The position numbers were made by a program, and so were the translations under genes. This document shows positions 9,144-19,791 of a stretch of DNA of 64,000 nucleotides, piece after piece. Below the pieces are notes generated by a model. The model was not told the DNA's origin and searched no databases. It was given only the letters and a program-made list of their open reading frames with translations. The stretch comes from Candidatus Krumholzibacteriia bacterium (GTDB lineage: Bacteria > Krumholzibacteriota > Krumholzibacteriia > JAJRXK01). Each line of letters begins with the position of its first letter. Within the stretch, counting starts at the first letter, position 1. Location of the stretch: contig JBGPIA010000001.1 of assembly GCA_041484665.1 (NCBI GenBank), positions 224,001 to 288,000 on the forward strand. Direction: 5' to 3'.

Positions 9144-9668
9144 ATGGCCGATGCCGCACCAGGTGCGTCTGCGCCCGGGGAGCGGGGGCCCGCATCCCTG
9201 GAGCTCGCCCCCGGATCCGGCGAGCTTGCTCCCTCGTCCGGGGGCCGCGCACCGACCTCCGTCGAGCTGGCGCCGGCGCTGGCGCAGGAGCTGATCGCGC
9301 TGGCAAGCGCCGGCTATCCGCACGAGACCTGCGGGCTGCTGCTGGGGCGTCCGCGGGCCGGCGGCGCGCACGTGGTGCGGATCGTCGTTGCGCGCAACGT
9401 GGAGTCCCTGCGCGCGCACGACCGCTACGTGCTCGACCCTGCGTCGTTTTTGGCCGCCGACCGGCAGGCCCGCGCAGAAGGGCTGGAGATCATCGGCATC
9501 TGGCACACCCATCCCGACCATCCGGCGCGGCCGTCGCCCACCGATCTGGCGGCCGCATGGGACGGTTACTCGTACGTCATCGTGTCCGTCCGCAGCGACG
9601 GCGCTTGCCAGCTGCGGTGCTGGCGCCTGGTGGGGACCGAGTTCCTGGAAGAGAGCGTGATCCCATGA
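9144..9668 (+). CDS. JAMM/Mov34 (M67) metallopeptidase, Mec+-like
   Basis: YPHETCGLLLG ... WHTHPDHPARPSPTD (E...HxH-x7-S-x2-D). Confidence 0.9.
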   Translation: MADAAPGASAPGERGPASLELAPGSGELAPSSGGRAPTSVELAPALAQELIALASAGYPHETCGLLLGRPRAGGAHVVRIVVARNVESLRAHDRYVLDPASFLAADRQARAEGLEIIGIWHTHPDHPARPSPTDLAAAWDGYSYVIVSVRSDGACQLRCWRLVGTEFLEESVIP

Positions 9669-11053
9669 ATGGAGAGACGACTCACGCGAGTGGCGAGCGA
9701 GATCACCCAAGCACCGCGGAAGCTCGCTCGAGCGTGACGGTCCGCATTCCCGCCCCGCTGCGTCCCTACGTCGGGGGCGTTGGCGAGCTGCATGTGGTAG
9801 CCGCGACCGTGCGCGACGCGCTGCAGCTGCTCGGGCGCAGTCACCCCGGTCTGTGCGAGCGCATCCTCGATGGCGATGCGCGCCTGCGCGGCTTCGTGAA
9901 CCTCTTCGTCGGCGACCAGGACGTGCGTGCCCTGCAGGGGCTGGACACGCCCGTGGCCGACGGCAACGTGCTGACGATCGTGCCCGCGGTTGCGGGAGGC
10001 GCGGCGATAGCCCGTCACGCCATCCCGGCCCCCGCACGAGCTGCGCCGCCGGCCGGCGGCCCGCGCGCGCGCCCGGACACAACTCCTGCTGCATTCCCGG
10101 GCGCGACCCCTGCCACACGGCCCGGCGCTGCCGCCATCTCGTTGCTGGCCAACATCGGCCACACTCCGCTGCTGCGCCTGGACGGCGCGCTGGAGGTGGC
10201 GCCCTCGGTCGCGCTGTTCGCCAAGTTGGAGAGCTCCAATCCCGGTGGCTCGATCAAGGACCGGCCGGTGGCGCGTATGCTGCGGCGTGCGCTCGCCGAG
10301 AGCGCGTTTTCGGGGGGCCGGCGGCTGCTGGACTCCAGCTCGGGCAACGCGGGGATCGCCTACGCGATGTTCGGCGCTGCGTTGGGCATCCCGGTTACCC
10401 TGGTGGTTCCTGGCAACGCCAGCCAGGAGCGCCTGCAACGTATCGCGGCCCACGGCGCCGAGCTGATCCTCACCGACCCGCAAGAAGGCTATGACTTCGC
10501 CCTGCGCGAGGCGCGGCGCCTGGCCGCCGCTCACGCCGACCGGTATTGGCATTGCGATCAGTACTCCAACCCGGAGAACTGGCGCGCGCACTACGAGGGA
10601 ACCGGGATGGAGATCCTAGCCCAGGTCCGCGCCCAGACCGGCCACGCACCGGACTGCTTCGTCGCTGGCGTGGGCACGGGCGGCACACTGACGGGCGTGG
10701 GGCGACGGCTGCGTGAGGCCGATCCGCAGCTACACGTGGTGACGGTGGTACCCGAGACCTTTCCTGGGATCGAAGGCCTCAAGCCGCTGGGAGAGCCCGG
10801 CGACATCGTGCCGGCGATCCTCGACCTCTCGCTCGTCGGCGAGCGCATGCCCGTGAGCAGCGAGCAGGCGTTGGCCGCCTGCCGCCGTCTGGCGCAAGCC
10901 GGGATCTTCGTCGGCCCCTCCTCGGGGGCCTACCTGCACGCGGCGCTGGACGTCGCGGCGCGCGGCCGCTACCGGCGCGTCGTCACGGTCTTCTCCGACA
11001 CAGGTGAGCGATATCTGTCCACCGGAATGTGGAGCGCATCGCTGGCGAGCTGA
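9665..11053 (+). CDS. fusion of MoaD/ThiS/CysO sulfur carrier and PLP-dependent cysteine synthase (CysM-like)
   Basis: VRIP..LR...FVN.FV...D.R...GLDT...IVPAVAGG, Pro/Ala linker, then IGHTPL, KLE..NPGGSIKDR, SSGNAG, GVGTGGT, GPSSGA. Confidence 0.85.
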   Translation: MNGETTHASGERDHPSTAEARSSVTVRIPAPLRPYVGGVGELHVVAATVRDALQLLGRSHPGLCERILDGDARLRGFVNLFVGDQDVRALQGLDTPVADGNVLTIVPAVAGGAAIARHAIPAPARAAPPAGGPRARPDTTPAAFPGATPATRPGAAAISLLANIGHTPLLRLDGALEVAPSVALFAKLESSNPGGSIKDRPVARMLRRALAESAFSGGRRLLDSSSGNAGIAYAMFGAALGIPVTLVVPGNASQERLQRIAAHGAELILTDPQEGYDFALREARRLAAAHADRYWHCDQYSNPENWRAHYEGTGMEILAQVRAQTGHAPDCFVAGVGTGGTLTGVGRRLREADPQLHVVTVVPETFPGIEGLKPLGEPGDIVPAILDLSLVGERMPVSSEQALAACRRLAQAGIFVGPSSGAYLHAALDVAARGRYRRVVTVFSDTGERYLSTGMWSASLAS

Positions 11054-11204
11054 GATCAAAGTCCGCTTGGAGCGCCGATGGGCAGAGGCCATCCGCGCGC
11101 CGGGACCACGGACCGACGGAGAGCGCCGGCGAGCGAGATCCGTCCGCCAGCCGAGACTGCAGCGCGCCGGGGCGGTCTCCACGCGAGGCCTCACCGCACG
11201 CTCC

Positions 11205-11234
11205 TTGTCGCCCGGAAGGTTCGCCTGATAGAGT
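11205..11234 (+). promoter_or_regulatory. candidate sigma70 promoter with extended -10
   Basis: TTGTCG-N18 ending in TGA, then TAGAGT; upstream of 11298. Confidence 0.35.
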
Positions 11235-11297
11235 CTGCGCGCAGGCTACTGCACCCCCCGGCCGCAGCGGTCCCGCGGCACGCCAGGAGACTTCCCC

Positions 11298-14200
11298 ATG
11301 TCGGGCTATGGCAAGGGCGGCACGACCGGCGCGACCCACGAGCTGGATCTCGATCCCAGCCTGCTGCGCGCCTTCTGGTCGCGCCGGCTGTGCAAGGTCG
11401 GGCAGAAGGTCACGCTCACCGCGCAGTTCCAGGGCGTCCCCGACGGGTTGGAGGTCGCAGTCGAGCTGCACCCGCTGTCCAAGGACGGCAAAGCTAAGCC
11501 CAAGGAGCCTCCCAAGCCGGTCACGGTCGCAGCCGGCAAGGTGAGACTGGAGTGGACCGCCGGCATCGACGGGACCGACGGCGAGACGCCAACGCTCATG
11601 GTGCTGACGTTCTCGGTCAGCGTCGCGGGCCTGCCGGTCTTCGGCGTCAGCGTCAACTTCCTGGTCGTCGCCGAGTTCGGCGCGTTGATCGAGCAGCTCG
11701 ACCGCTGTTTCTGCCCGGGCGCGGAGGCGCTGCAGCTCACCTACCAGATCGTCGATCTCTCGAAATACGTGCTCAGCGGCATCTTCCGCGTCTACGGCAA
11801 CCAGTATGAGAGCGCGGTCTATCCCGACAAGAAGGCCATCGTCTACCAGCGGCTGCTCACACCGGCCGAGTTGACCGACGGAATGCACGTGCTCGGTTGG
11901 GAGGGGTTCACCAACGCGGCTGCGGGCCCGCTGGCCAGGCCGAAGGACAAGTCGGCCCGTTTCGTGAGCCCGCTGTACAGCCCCTACGTGGTGGAGATCG
12001 AGCTGCTCGACCGGGCGATCACCGACCCCGCGAAGTGGCCCAGCGACGAGGCGCTCGGATCGCTGCCCTCTCCGGCGAAGTTCGACGGCCTGGGCCTGAA
12101 GTCGGGCGGCGCCGGCTTCGCGGCAGTCGTCCCGCCCGAGCAGCCCAAGCACTGCGGCTTCGAGATCGTCTACGCCGGTCTCGCGCTGGCGCTGGGCACG
12201 CACGTCCCTAGCGTAGCGGACATCCCCAAGGGTGACGGCCTCTATCAATACCTGCTGAACCAGCTGGGTTACTTCTGTGGTCGCGTCGATGGCTCGATCG
12301 GTCCCATCTCGAAGAAAGGGATCCACCACTTCAAGCGCACCCACTGGGAGGTCGTCCAGGACTCCAAGGACCCCAAGGTCTACCGCCAGGACCGCACCAA
12401 ACCGCTGGGCGATCCCGACCTGATCAAGATCAAGCCCGACCTCGACGCCAAAACGAAGAAGGCGATTCAGCACGAGGTCGCTCCGCGCACTTGGATGGAG
12501 ATCGTGGACGCCGCGGGCAAGCCGGTCCCCGCAAAGGTGAACGTGCTGCCAGAGCAAGGCGAGCAGGGCCGGCTCTACGTCGATGGGACCGTGCTCTATC
12601 AGATGCCTGGGGAGTTCTACAACGACGCGGCGAAAAAAGCGGACGTCACCAAGCAGGATCGCGAGGAGGCCTGGATCCCCCGCCCGTGGATCCCGGTGGA
12701 GGCGCGACCGCTGCTGCGCCGCAAGAACGGCACGGCGGCCACGGCCGCCGCGAGCGCGTCGGGGGCGGGGCCCGCGCGTGTGCTGTTTTGCGTCGTCGAT
12801 CCCGCCGAGAACCACGCCGGCCTGAACTTCCCGACCGTCCCGTTCACCGGGCTCAGCATCAAGGACCACACGGTCGTCGCGGGCGAGACGACCATGCTCA
12901 AGGTCGCGAAGAAACACGGGTTCAGCAGTGGCAATTGGATCTACAACGACCCACTAAATGCTGCATTCAAGACCGCCAATCCGAACAAGAACGCGCTCAC
13001 CGTCGGGAGCACGCTCAAGATCCCTCCCTTCCCCAACCACGTGAAGTACTTCAAGCACAAGCAGACACAGCCCGAGGACTTCGTGAAACGCGTGGTGGGC
13101 GATCTGGCGGGCACGGCCAAGGGGGACTGGAAGGCCGACAACGCCCCCGACCAGAACAAGGATGCAAGTGCGCGGGTCTACGGAGTGCGCACCAAGGACG
13201 AGAGCCAGCGCGGCGTGGAGGCCTTCCGGCTTTTGGACAAGCTGCGGCCGCTCGCTCCGTGGAAGGCCGAGGAGGTCGACGACGACGCGGCGGGGATCGG
13301 CAAGGCGGTCGCGGTGGCGCTTGCGCCCACCGGTCCCAAGCGCGGCGCTGCGGGCATCTACTTCATCGCGTCGATCCAGTCAGGGGACAACTACCGGATC
13401 GAGGCGTGGATCGATCTGCAGAAGGGCCCCGACGGAAAGGACCTGCCCAACGCCAGCGCGCTCAAGACCCGCTACGCCGCCGCGCCGCCGCGGGGGGCCA
13501 CGGGTCCGACCACCGTGTGGCGCCGCATCGACCTCGCCGAGTACCTCTACATCAAGGACCGCACGCTCGAGCCGACCAAGTCGCAGGTCGACTGGTCCCG
13601 TTTCCAGGACATCTTCCTGCGCGGCTACGTCGATCTCGTGCTGCCCCCCAACCCGGCGGGCCGTGCCCTGACCGAGGACGAGTACAAGACGATCGTCTCT
13701 CGCGCCTATCCCAAGCTCAAGGCGAAGGACGTCATCCTCGACCGCGAGGAGCTCTATCCGCAAACGAACCTGCCGTTGCCGACGCAGAACGCCGGCGAGT
13801 CGGCGAAGGACTACCTGGCACGTGTCGACGACGCGGTGAAGGACTTCCATGAGAAATTCGCCAAGGTCGCCGGGGTCTACATCCGGCAGCGAAACCGCAC
13901 TGGCGGCATCATCGTCGACTTCCGCCGCAACCACAAACCGATCCCCGTCAACGACTCCGCCGGCAACGCGCTGGCGCTGGACTGGGACGCGCGCTTCTTG
14001 TCCACCGGCCAATCCAAAGGCGTCCTGCTCATGGACCAGCGCGACGGCGACAAGGCACATTACGTGTTCGCCCACGAGCTGGGGCACAGCCTGCTCCTCT
14101 ATCACTGGAAGAACACCGGCGAGAACAACAACCAGGACCACGACAACGACGACGACTACTGCCTGATGATGTACCCGGGCGACGAGGAGGCCGGCAAGAT

Positions 14201-14498
14201 CGACCCCGAGTACTGCGGGAAGTGCGTGCTCAAGCTTCGCGGGTGGAACGAGAAGGCGCTGCCGGCCAACGCGCCGCCACCCCCGCCCGCCGCCGCACCG
14301 GCCGCGGCCAAGACCGACCTGCGGCTGACGCTGAAGGACGCCGAGGGCAACGTGCTGTCCGACGCTCCCTGCGTGCTGGAGTTCCCCGATGGCACGAAGG
14401 TCGACGGCAGGACGGACCAGGACGGCCTGCTGGTCGCCGCAGGCGTCCCCACGGGCAAGGTCAAGGTGCGCTTCGTGGACGAGGAGCAGCAGGCGTGA
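11298..14498 (+). CDS. large multidomain protein: PG-binding, LysM-like, metzincin-type zinc protease
   Basis: LNQLGYFCGRVDG.IG; HTVVAGET...AKKHG...LTVGSTLKIP; HELGHSLLLYH with downstream CLMMY; no signal peptide. Confidence 0.7.
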   Translation: MSGYGKGGTTGATHELDLDPSLLRAFWSRRLCKVGQKVTLTAQFQGVPDGLEVAVELHPLSKDGKAKPKEPPKPVTVAAGKVRLEWTAGIDGTDGETPTLMVLTFSVSVAGLPVFGVSVNFLVVAEFGALIEQLDRCFCPGAEALQLTYQIVDLSKYVLSGIFRVYGNQYESAVYPDKKAIVYQRLLTPAELTDGMHVLGWEGFTNAAAGPLARPKDKSARFVSPLYSPYVVEIELLDRAITDPAKWPSDEALGSLPSPAKFDGLGLKSGGAGFAAVVPPEQPKHCGFEIVYAGLALALGTHVPSVADIPKGDGLYQYLLNQLGYFCGRVDGSIGPISKKGIHHFKRTHWEVVQDSKDPKVYRQDRTKPLGDPDLIKIKPDLDAKTKKAIQHEVAPRTWMEIVDAAGKPVPAKVNVLPEQGEQGRLYVDGTVLYQMPGEFYNDAAKKADVTKQDREEAWIPRPWIPVEARPLLRRKNGTAATAAASASGAGPARVLFCVVDPAENHAGLNFPTVPFTGLSIKDHTVVAGETTMLKVAKKHGFSSGNWIYNDPLNAAFKTANPNKNALTVGSTLKIPPFPNHVKYFKHKQTQPEDFVKRVVGDLAGTAKGDWKADNAPDQNKDASARVYGVRTKDESQRGVEAFRLLDKLRPLAPWKAEEVDDDAAGIGKAVAVALAPTGPKRGAAGIYFIASIQSGDNYRIEAWIDLQKGPDGKDLPNASALKTRYAAAPPRGATGPTTVWRRIDLAEYLYIKDRTLEPTKSQVDWSRFQDIFLRGYVDLVLPPNPAGRALTEDEYKTIVSRAYPKLKAKDVILDREELYPQTNLPLPTQNAGESAKDYLARVDDAVKDFHEKFAKVAGVYIRQRNRTGGIIVDFRRNHKPIPVNDSAGNALALDWDARFLSTGQSKGVLLMDQRDGDKAHYVFAHELGHSLLLYHWKNTGENNNQDHDNDDDYCLMMYPGDEEAGKIDPEYCGKCVLKLRGWNEKALPANAPPPPPAAAPAAAKTDLRLTLKDAEGNVLSDAPCVLEFPDGTKVDGRTDQDGLLVAAGVPTGKVKVRFVDEEQQA

Positions 14499-14592
14499 GC
14501 TGCGTGCGGAGCGTGCGCTGGGGGGCCGCTCGCGGAAGACTCACTCGTGAGGCTGGCGCGGAGGGTAGGTCCGTGAGGCCAAAACGGAGGGT

Positions 14593-15963
14593 GTGCGCGT
14601 GAGCGAGCTGGATCCGTCCCAGGTGCGCTGGGTTGCCAACCCAGCCGATCTGCTCGGCGACGGCGCCGAGATCGACCTTGGCGAGGATGGTGAAGGTGTG
14701 CTGGTCGTGCAGCCGGTGCTGGCCTGCGGCGGCGCGCACCTGGCGCAGGGAACGTCGCAGGCGGCGGGTCCCAGCGCAGCCTTCGAGGGGCCGGAGCACC
14801 AGAACACCGCTGCGCAGGTCTCGCTGACGATCTGGGAGGGCGACGAGAAGATCGAGCTGATCACGGCGGCGACCCGCGTGCCCCTCTTGAGCGGAGCGGA
14901 AGTGACCTATGGCGAGGTGGTGTCGCTGGCGGGTGACTTCTTCCCGGCGTGGGAGGATCTGGACACCTGCGACCCGGACGAGTTGCGGGCCATTCTGGGC
15001 ATCATGGCCGACCAACGCCTCAACGGCTATCAGGAGAAGCACGACAAGCAGTTCAACCGAGCGACCGGCGGCGGATCGAAGGCCAGCGACTGGCTTCCCA
15101 TGGGACGCTACCTGAAGCTCGCTCAGGACAACTACGTGCACTTCGCCGACGGCAATCGCGCCTACGATCAGTGGGAGCGCTACCACCTGCGCGCCTGCCT
15201 GGCGGCCCACCGCCTCGAGGGGCAGCCGATGACCCACGCGGACAATCTGGTGGCGCTGCGCAGGGCGCTCCTGATCGAGGCCTTCGCGGACCACTTCCTG
15301 ACGGACCTGTTCTCGTCGGGCCATATGCGCGTCCCTCGCATCAAGCTGGGCGACAAGCTGGGCGCCAAACGAGGCGGCATGACGTCCAAGGAGATGCACG
15401 ACGAGGACAATATCCTGGGGCTGTGGGTGACCAACAAGCGCAAGGACCCCAAGCGCTGGAAAGCCCTGGGCGACAAGCACTGGAACGACGCGGACAACGC
15501 CACGAACGGCCAGCTCTGCACCGCGGCAGTGCTGCGAGCAGCGCGCGAGGTGCTTACCTGGGCGCTGAAACTCGAGGCGTTGATCGCGAAGGATCCCGTC
15601 GTGCGAAACAAGGGGGTCCAGGCGCGGCTCAACGTACTGGGCTACGCGTGCCAAGCCATCGACGGCGATATCGGACCGATCTCCATGGCGGCGTTGAAGC
15701 GCTTCCAGCAGGACCAGAAGCTGGCGGAATCGAGCGCGGCCGATGACGCGACCGTCAAGCAGCTCGACGAGATCTACACCTCGTACCAAGGCAGCTCGAA
15801 GGTGCCGGACTTGATCCCGTTCCCGGAAGCCCCAACCACGGATGCGGCCGGCAACCACTATCCGCGGTACTTCGTGGACGGCAAGGGCAACCTCATGCAG
15901 CGCGACGGCGGGCCCCACTCCAGCAAGAGCACCAGCAAGTGGGGGAACGTCTTCGCGTTCTAG
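14593..15963 (+). CDS. zinc metallophospholipase C family protein with PG-binding domain
   Basis: FEGPEH, TYGE..SLAGDF, RYLKLA.DN..HF, AFADHFLTDLFSSGH.RVPR, HDED...GL.V.N; C-terminal VQARLN.LGY....DG.IGP....ALKRFQ. Confidence 0.75.
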   Translation: MRVSELDPSQVRWVANPADLLGDGAEIDLGEDGEGVLVVQPVLACGGAHLAQGTSQAAGPSAAFEGPEHQNTAAQVSLTIWEGDEKIELITAATRVPLLSGAEVTYGEVVSLAGDFFPAWEDLDTCDPDELRAILGIMADQRLNGYQEKHDKQFNRATGGGSKASDWLPMGRYLKLAQDNYVHFADGNRAYDQWERYHLRACLAAHRLEGQPMTHADNLVALRRALLIEAFADHFLTDLFSSGHMRVPRIKLGDKLGAKRGGMTSKEMHDEDNILGLWVTNKRKDPKRWKALGDKHWNDADNATNGQLCTAAVLRAAREVLTWALKLEALIAKDPVVRNKGVQARLNVLGYACQAIDGDIGPISMAALKRFQQDQKLAESSAADDATVKQLDEIYTSYQGSSKVPDLIPFPEAPTTDAAGNHYPRYFVDGKGNLMQRDGGPHSSKSTSKWGNVFAF

Positions 15964-15976
15964 AGAGGAGCCGGCC

Positions 15977-17572
15977 GTGGCGCGGACCATTGGCGACCAG
16001 CAGCTGCCCATGGCGCGGACCGCCCGTAGGACTCCAGCCGGCCGGGTCGCAGGAGTCCTGCCCGTGGGAGTGGGACTGCGATTCGCGCTGGCGACGCTGT
16101 TGACCTGCTGCAGCCCCAAGGCGGGGCGGGAGGCGACGATGAACCTGGAGCTCAAGCTCTCCCTCGACCGCGGGGAGTACCTGGTCGGCGAGTCGGTCCT
16201 GGCCCGGGTGTCGCTCACCAACCTCCAGACCGTCCCCGTGGAGATCCCCTCGCTCGATCTGAACGATCGCATCGTCTCGTTCACCATAGGCGCTGCCAGC
16301 GGCGAGGAGATCGGGAGCTACGACGGGGTGAGCTTCCAGCGCCGCATCGGCACGCCGCGGCCCACCACCAACCAGGTGACCTCCCGCATGTTCCGAGGCG
16401 GTGAGACCGAGACGCTCAACAAGGACCTCCTGCTGCTGCGGCCGGCGCTGCCCGCGGGCCGCTACACCCTGACCGTGCACTACGCCTGGGAGGAGATCGA
16501 GCTGCACTCGGCTGCGTGCCCGTTCGAGGTGCTGCCGTCGGCGCCCCAGCAGGTGGCCGTGGGCTGGGACAGTGACATGGCCGGTCCCTACCACCTGGTC
16601 TTCGCGTGGGTCGATCAGCTGCGCGGGCAGCCGTTGCTGCTGGAGGCGACGACCTTCGGCTCTGACCACCGCGCCTTCCAGCACACGTCACGCCTGGGCC
16701 AGGTCGGCACGATCGACCAGTTGGCAGTCGCACGCGACCAGGGCGATGTGGCGCAGCTGCGCAGCGCGGTGGTGTGGAAAGAGCAGGGCAAGCTGCGTTG
16801 GCAGGCCACCGGGCCGGGGACGCCCGGTCCGGTGTCCCAGGCCGACGTCGCGCTGGACGGCTGGCGCATCGTGCCCTCCCCGCTGCGCGGCAAGGACGGA
16901 GCAGTAGCCGTCCTCGTGTCCAACGGCGCGCGCACGCAGGTGCAGGCGTTGCGACTGCAGGCCGACGGGACCAAGGTCGCCCTGGGCGCGTGGCAGTCGG
17001 GCACCGCACGCCACCAGGCGTTCCTGGTCTCGCCGCAGCAGCAGGCGCTCTACGTGCGCACCACGGACGGGTTGGGCGAAGGCTCGGGCACGCACGTGGA
17101 ATGCGTCGTCCTGGACACGTCGTCCAAGGCCGCTGTCCTGCTGCAGGCAAAGCTCGCGGCGCTGGCGCTCGCCGCCGTGATCGATGAGTCGGGAGAGCCG
17201 AGTGCGGCGGTGGCCCTGGACGCGGGCGAGCCGGGCAAGCCGATGCGGCGCGTGGTGACGCGCCTCTTCCGTGGCCCCTTACTCCAGACTGCCGTGGATG
17301 GCCCCGAATTCGAGGTGCCCGCCGATGCCACGCTGCAGCTGGTGCTGGGTGCGGACGGCTCGGTGCACGTGCTGGCGGTGCGTCCCGCGGGAACGGTGCT
17401 CTATGGCGTGGGCGAGAAGCCCCTGGAGCCGATCACGCTGCCCGCCGGAGCGCGGGAGCCCCAGCTGGTCGTGGGGCGCGCCGGCGCGGCCTTCCTGGTG
17501 GCGGCAACGCCCGCCGACGGTCTGCACCTGGCGCCCCTGAGCGCGGTGCCGGTGCCAGGGTCGATGCACTAG
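15977..17572 (+). CDS. hypothetical protein, possible lipoprotein (alternative start 16139)
   Basis: GTG with GAGGAG RBS; hydrophobic stretch ending LLTCC; Ig-like N-terminal part, beta-rich remainder. Confidence 0.6.
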   Translation: MARTIGDQQLPMARTARRTPAGRVAGVLPVGVGLRFALATLLTCCSPKAGREATMNLELKLSLDRGEYLVGESVLARVSLTNLQTVPVEIPSLDLNDRIVSFTIGAASGEEIGSYDGVSFQRRIGTPRPTTNQVTSRMFRGGETETLNKDLLLLRPALPAGRYTLTVHYAWEEIELHSAACPFEVLPSAPQQVAVGWDSDMAGPYHLVFAWVDQLRGQPLLLEATTFGSDHRAFQHTSRLGQVGTIDQLAVARDQGDVAQLRSAVVWKEQGKLRWQATGPGTPGPVSQADVALDGWRIVPSPLRGKDGAVAVLVSNGARTQVQALRLQADGTKVALGAWQSGTARHQAFLVSPQQQALYVRTTDGLGEGSGTHVECVVLDTSSKAAVLLQAKLAALALAAVIDESGEPSAAVALDAGEPGKPMRRVVTRLFRGPLLQTAVDGPEFEVPADATLQLVLGADGSVHVLAVRPAGTVLYGVGEKPLEPITLPAGAREPQLVVGRAGAAFLVAATPADGLHLAPLSAVPVPGSMH

Positions 17573-17794
17573 CTCACCAGCCCCAGTGCCGCCTGCCGGG
17601 GAGTTCGAGCGTAGGGCGCTGCGGCGGTGCGCGCTCCCCCTTGCAGCGCGCTCCGCCCAGCGCGCTCCCCCCTTGCCGGGAGCCGCAGCTTCGATCATCC
17701 TGTGCGGCCACGCGCCGCCGACCTGACCGGCTGCGCTGGGCGCACCCCGCGGCCGCAGCGCAGGCTTTGCTGACCCCCTTCCGTCCGAGGCCCC

Positions 17795-19471
<1,677 letters not shown>

Positions 19472-19791
19472 ACGAGCGCCCCCCTGGTGCGGGTGCTCCG
19501 CACGGGCCGCTGGACGCGGCCTCGTGCCTGCGCCGCAGGCGGAGTCGACCCCACCCCACCGCCAGCCGGCGGCCGCTGCGCAAGCACCGCGCAGCCCGTG
19601 TGCGGTTCGCCCCATCCAAGGCATTGACTCAGGTGTAGGCCCAAACGTCCGCGGACCGGCGGGGGGCAAGCGCCTCGTCCCCCGGGCACTCTCCCATCGC
19701 CGACTGCCGCATGCACGCCTCCAGGTCTCGGACGGGTGGCGACAGCCGATCCCATCGAGCGCCCGAGCGGGCGCCCGCGAAAGGACACGTC

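Noticed and set aside
9175..9280. Duplicated segment in the Mec N-terminus (GPASLELAP / APTSVELAP)
   Set aside because: Short low-complexity extension; the true start may be downstream
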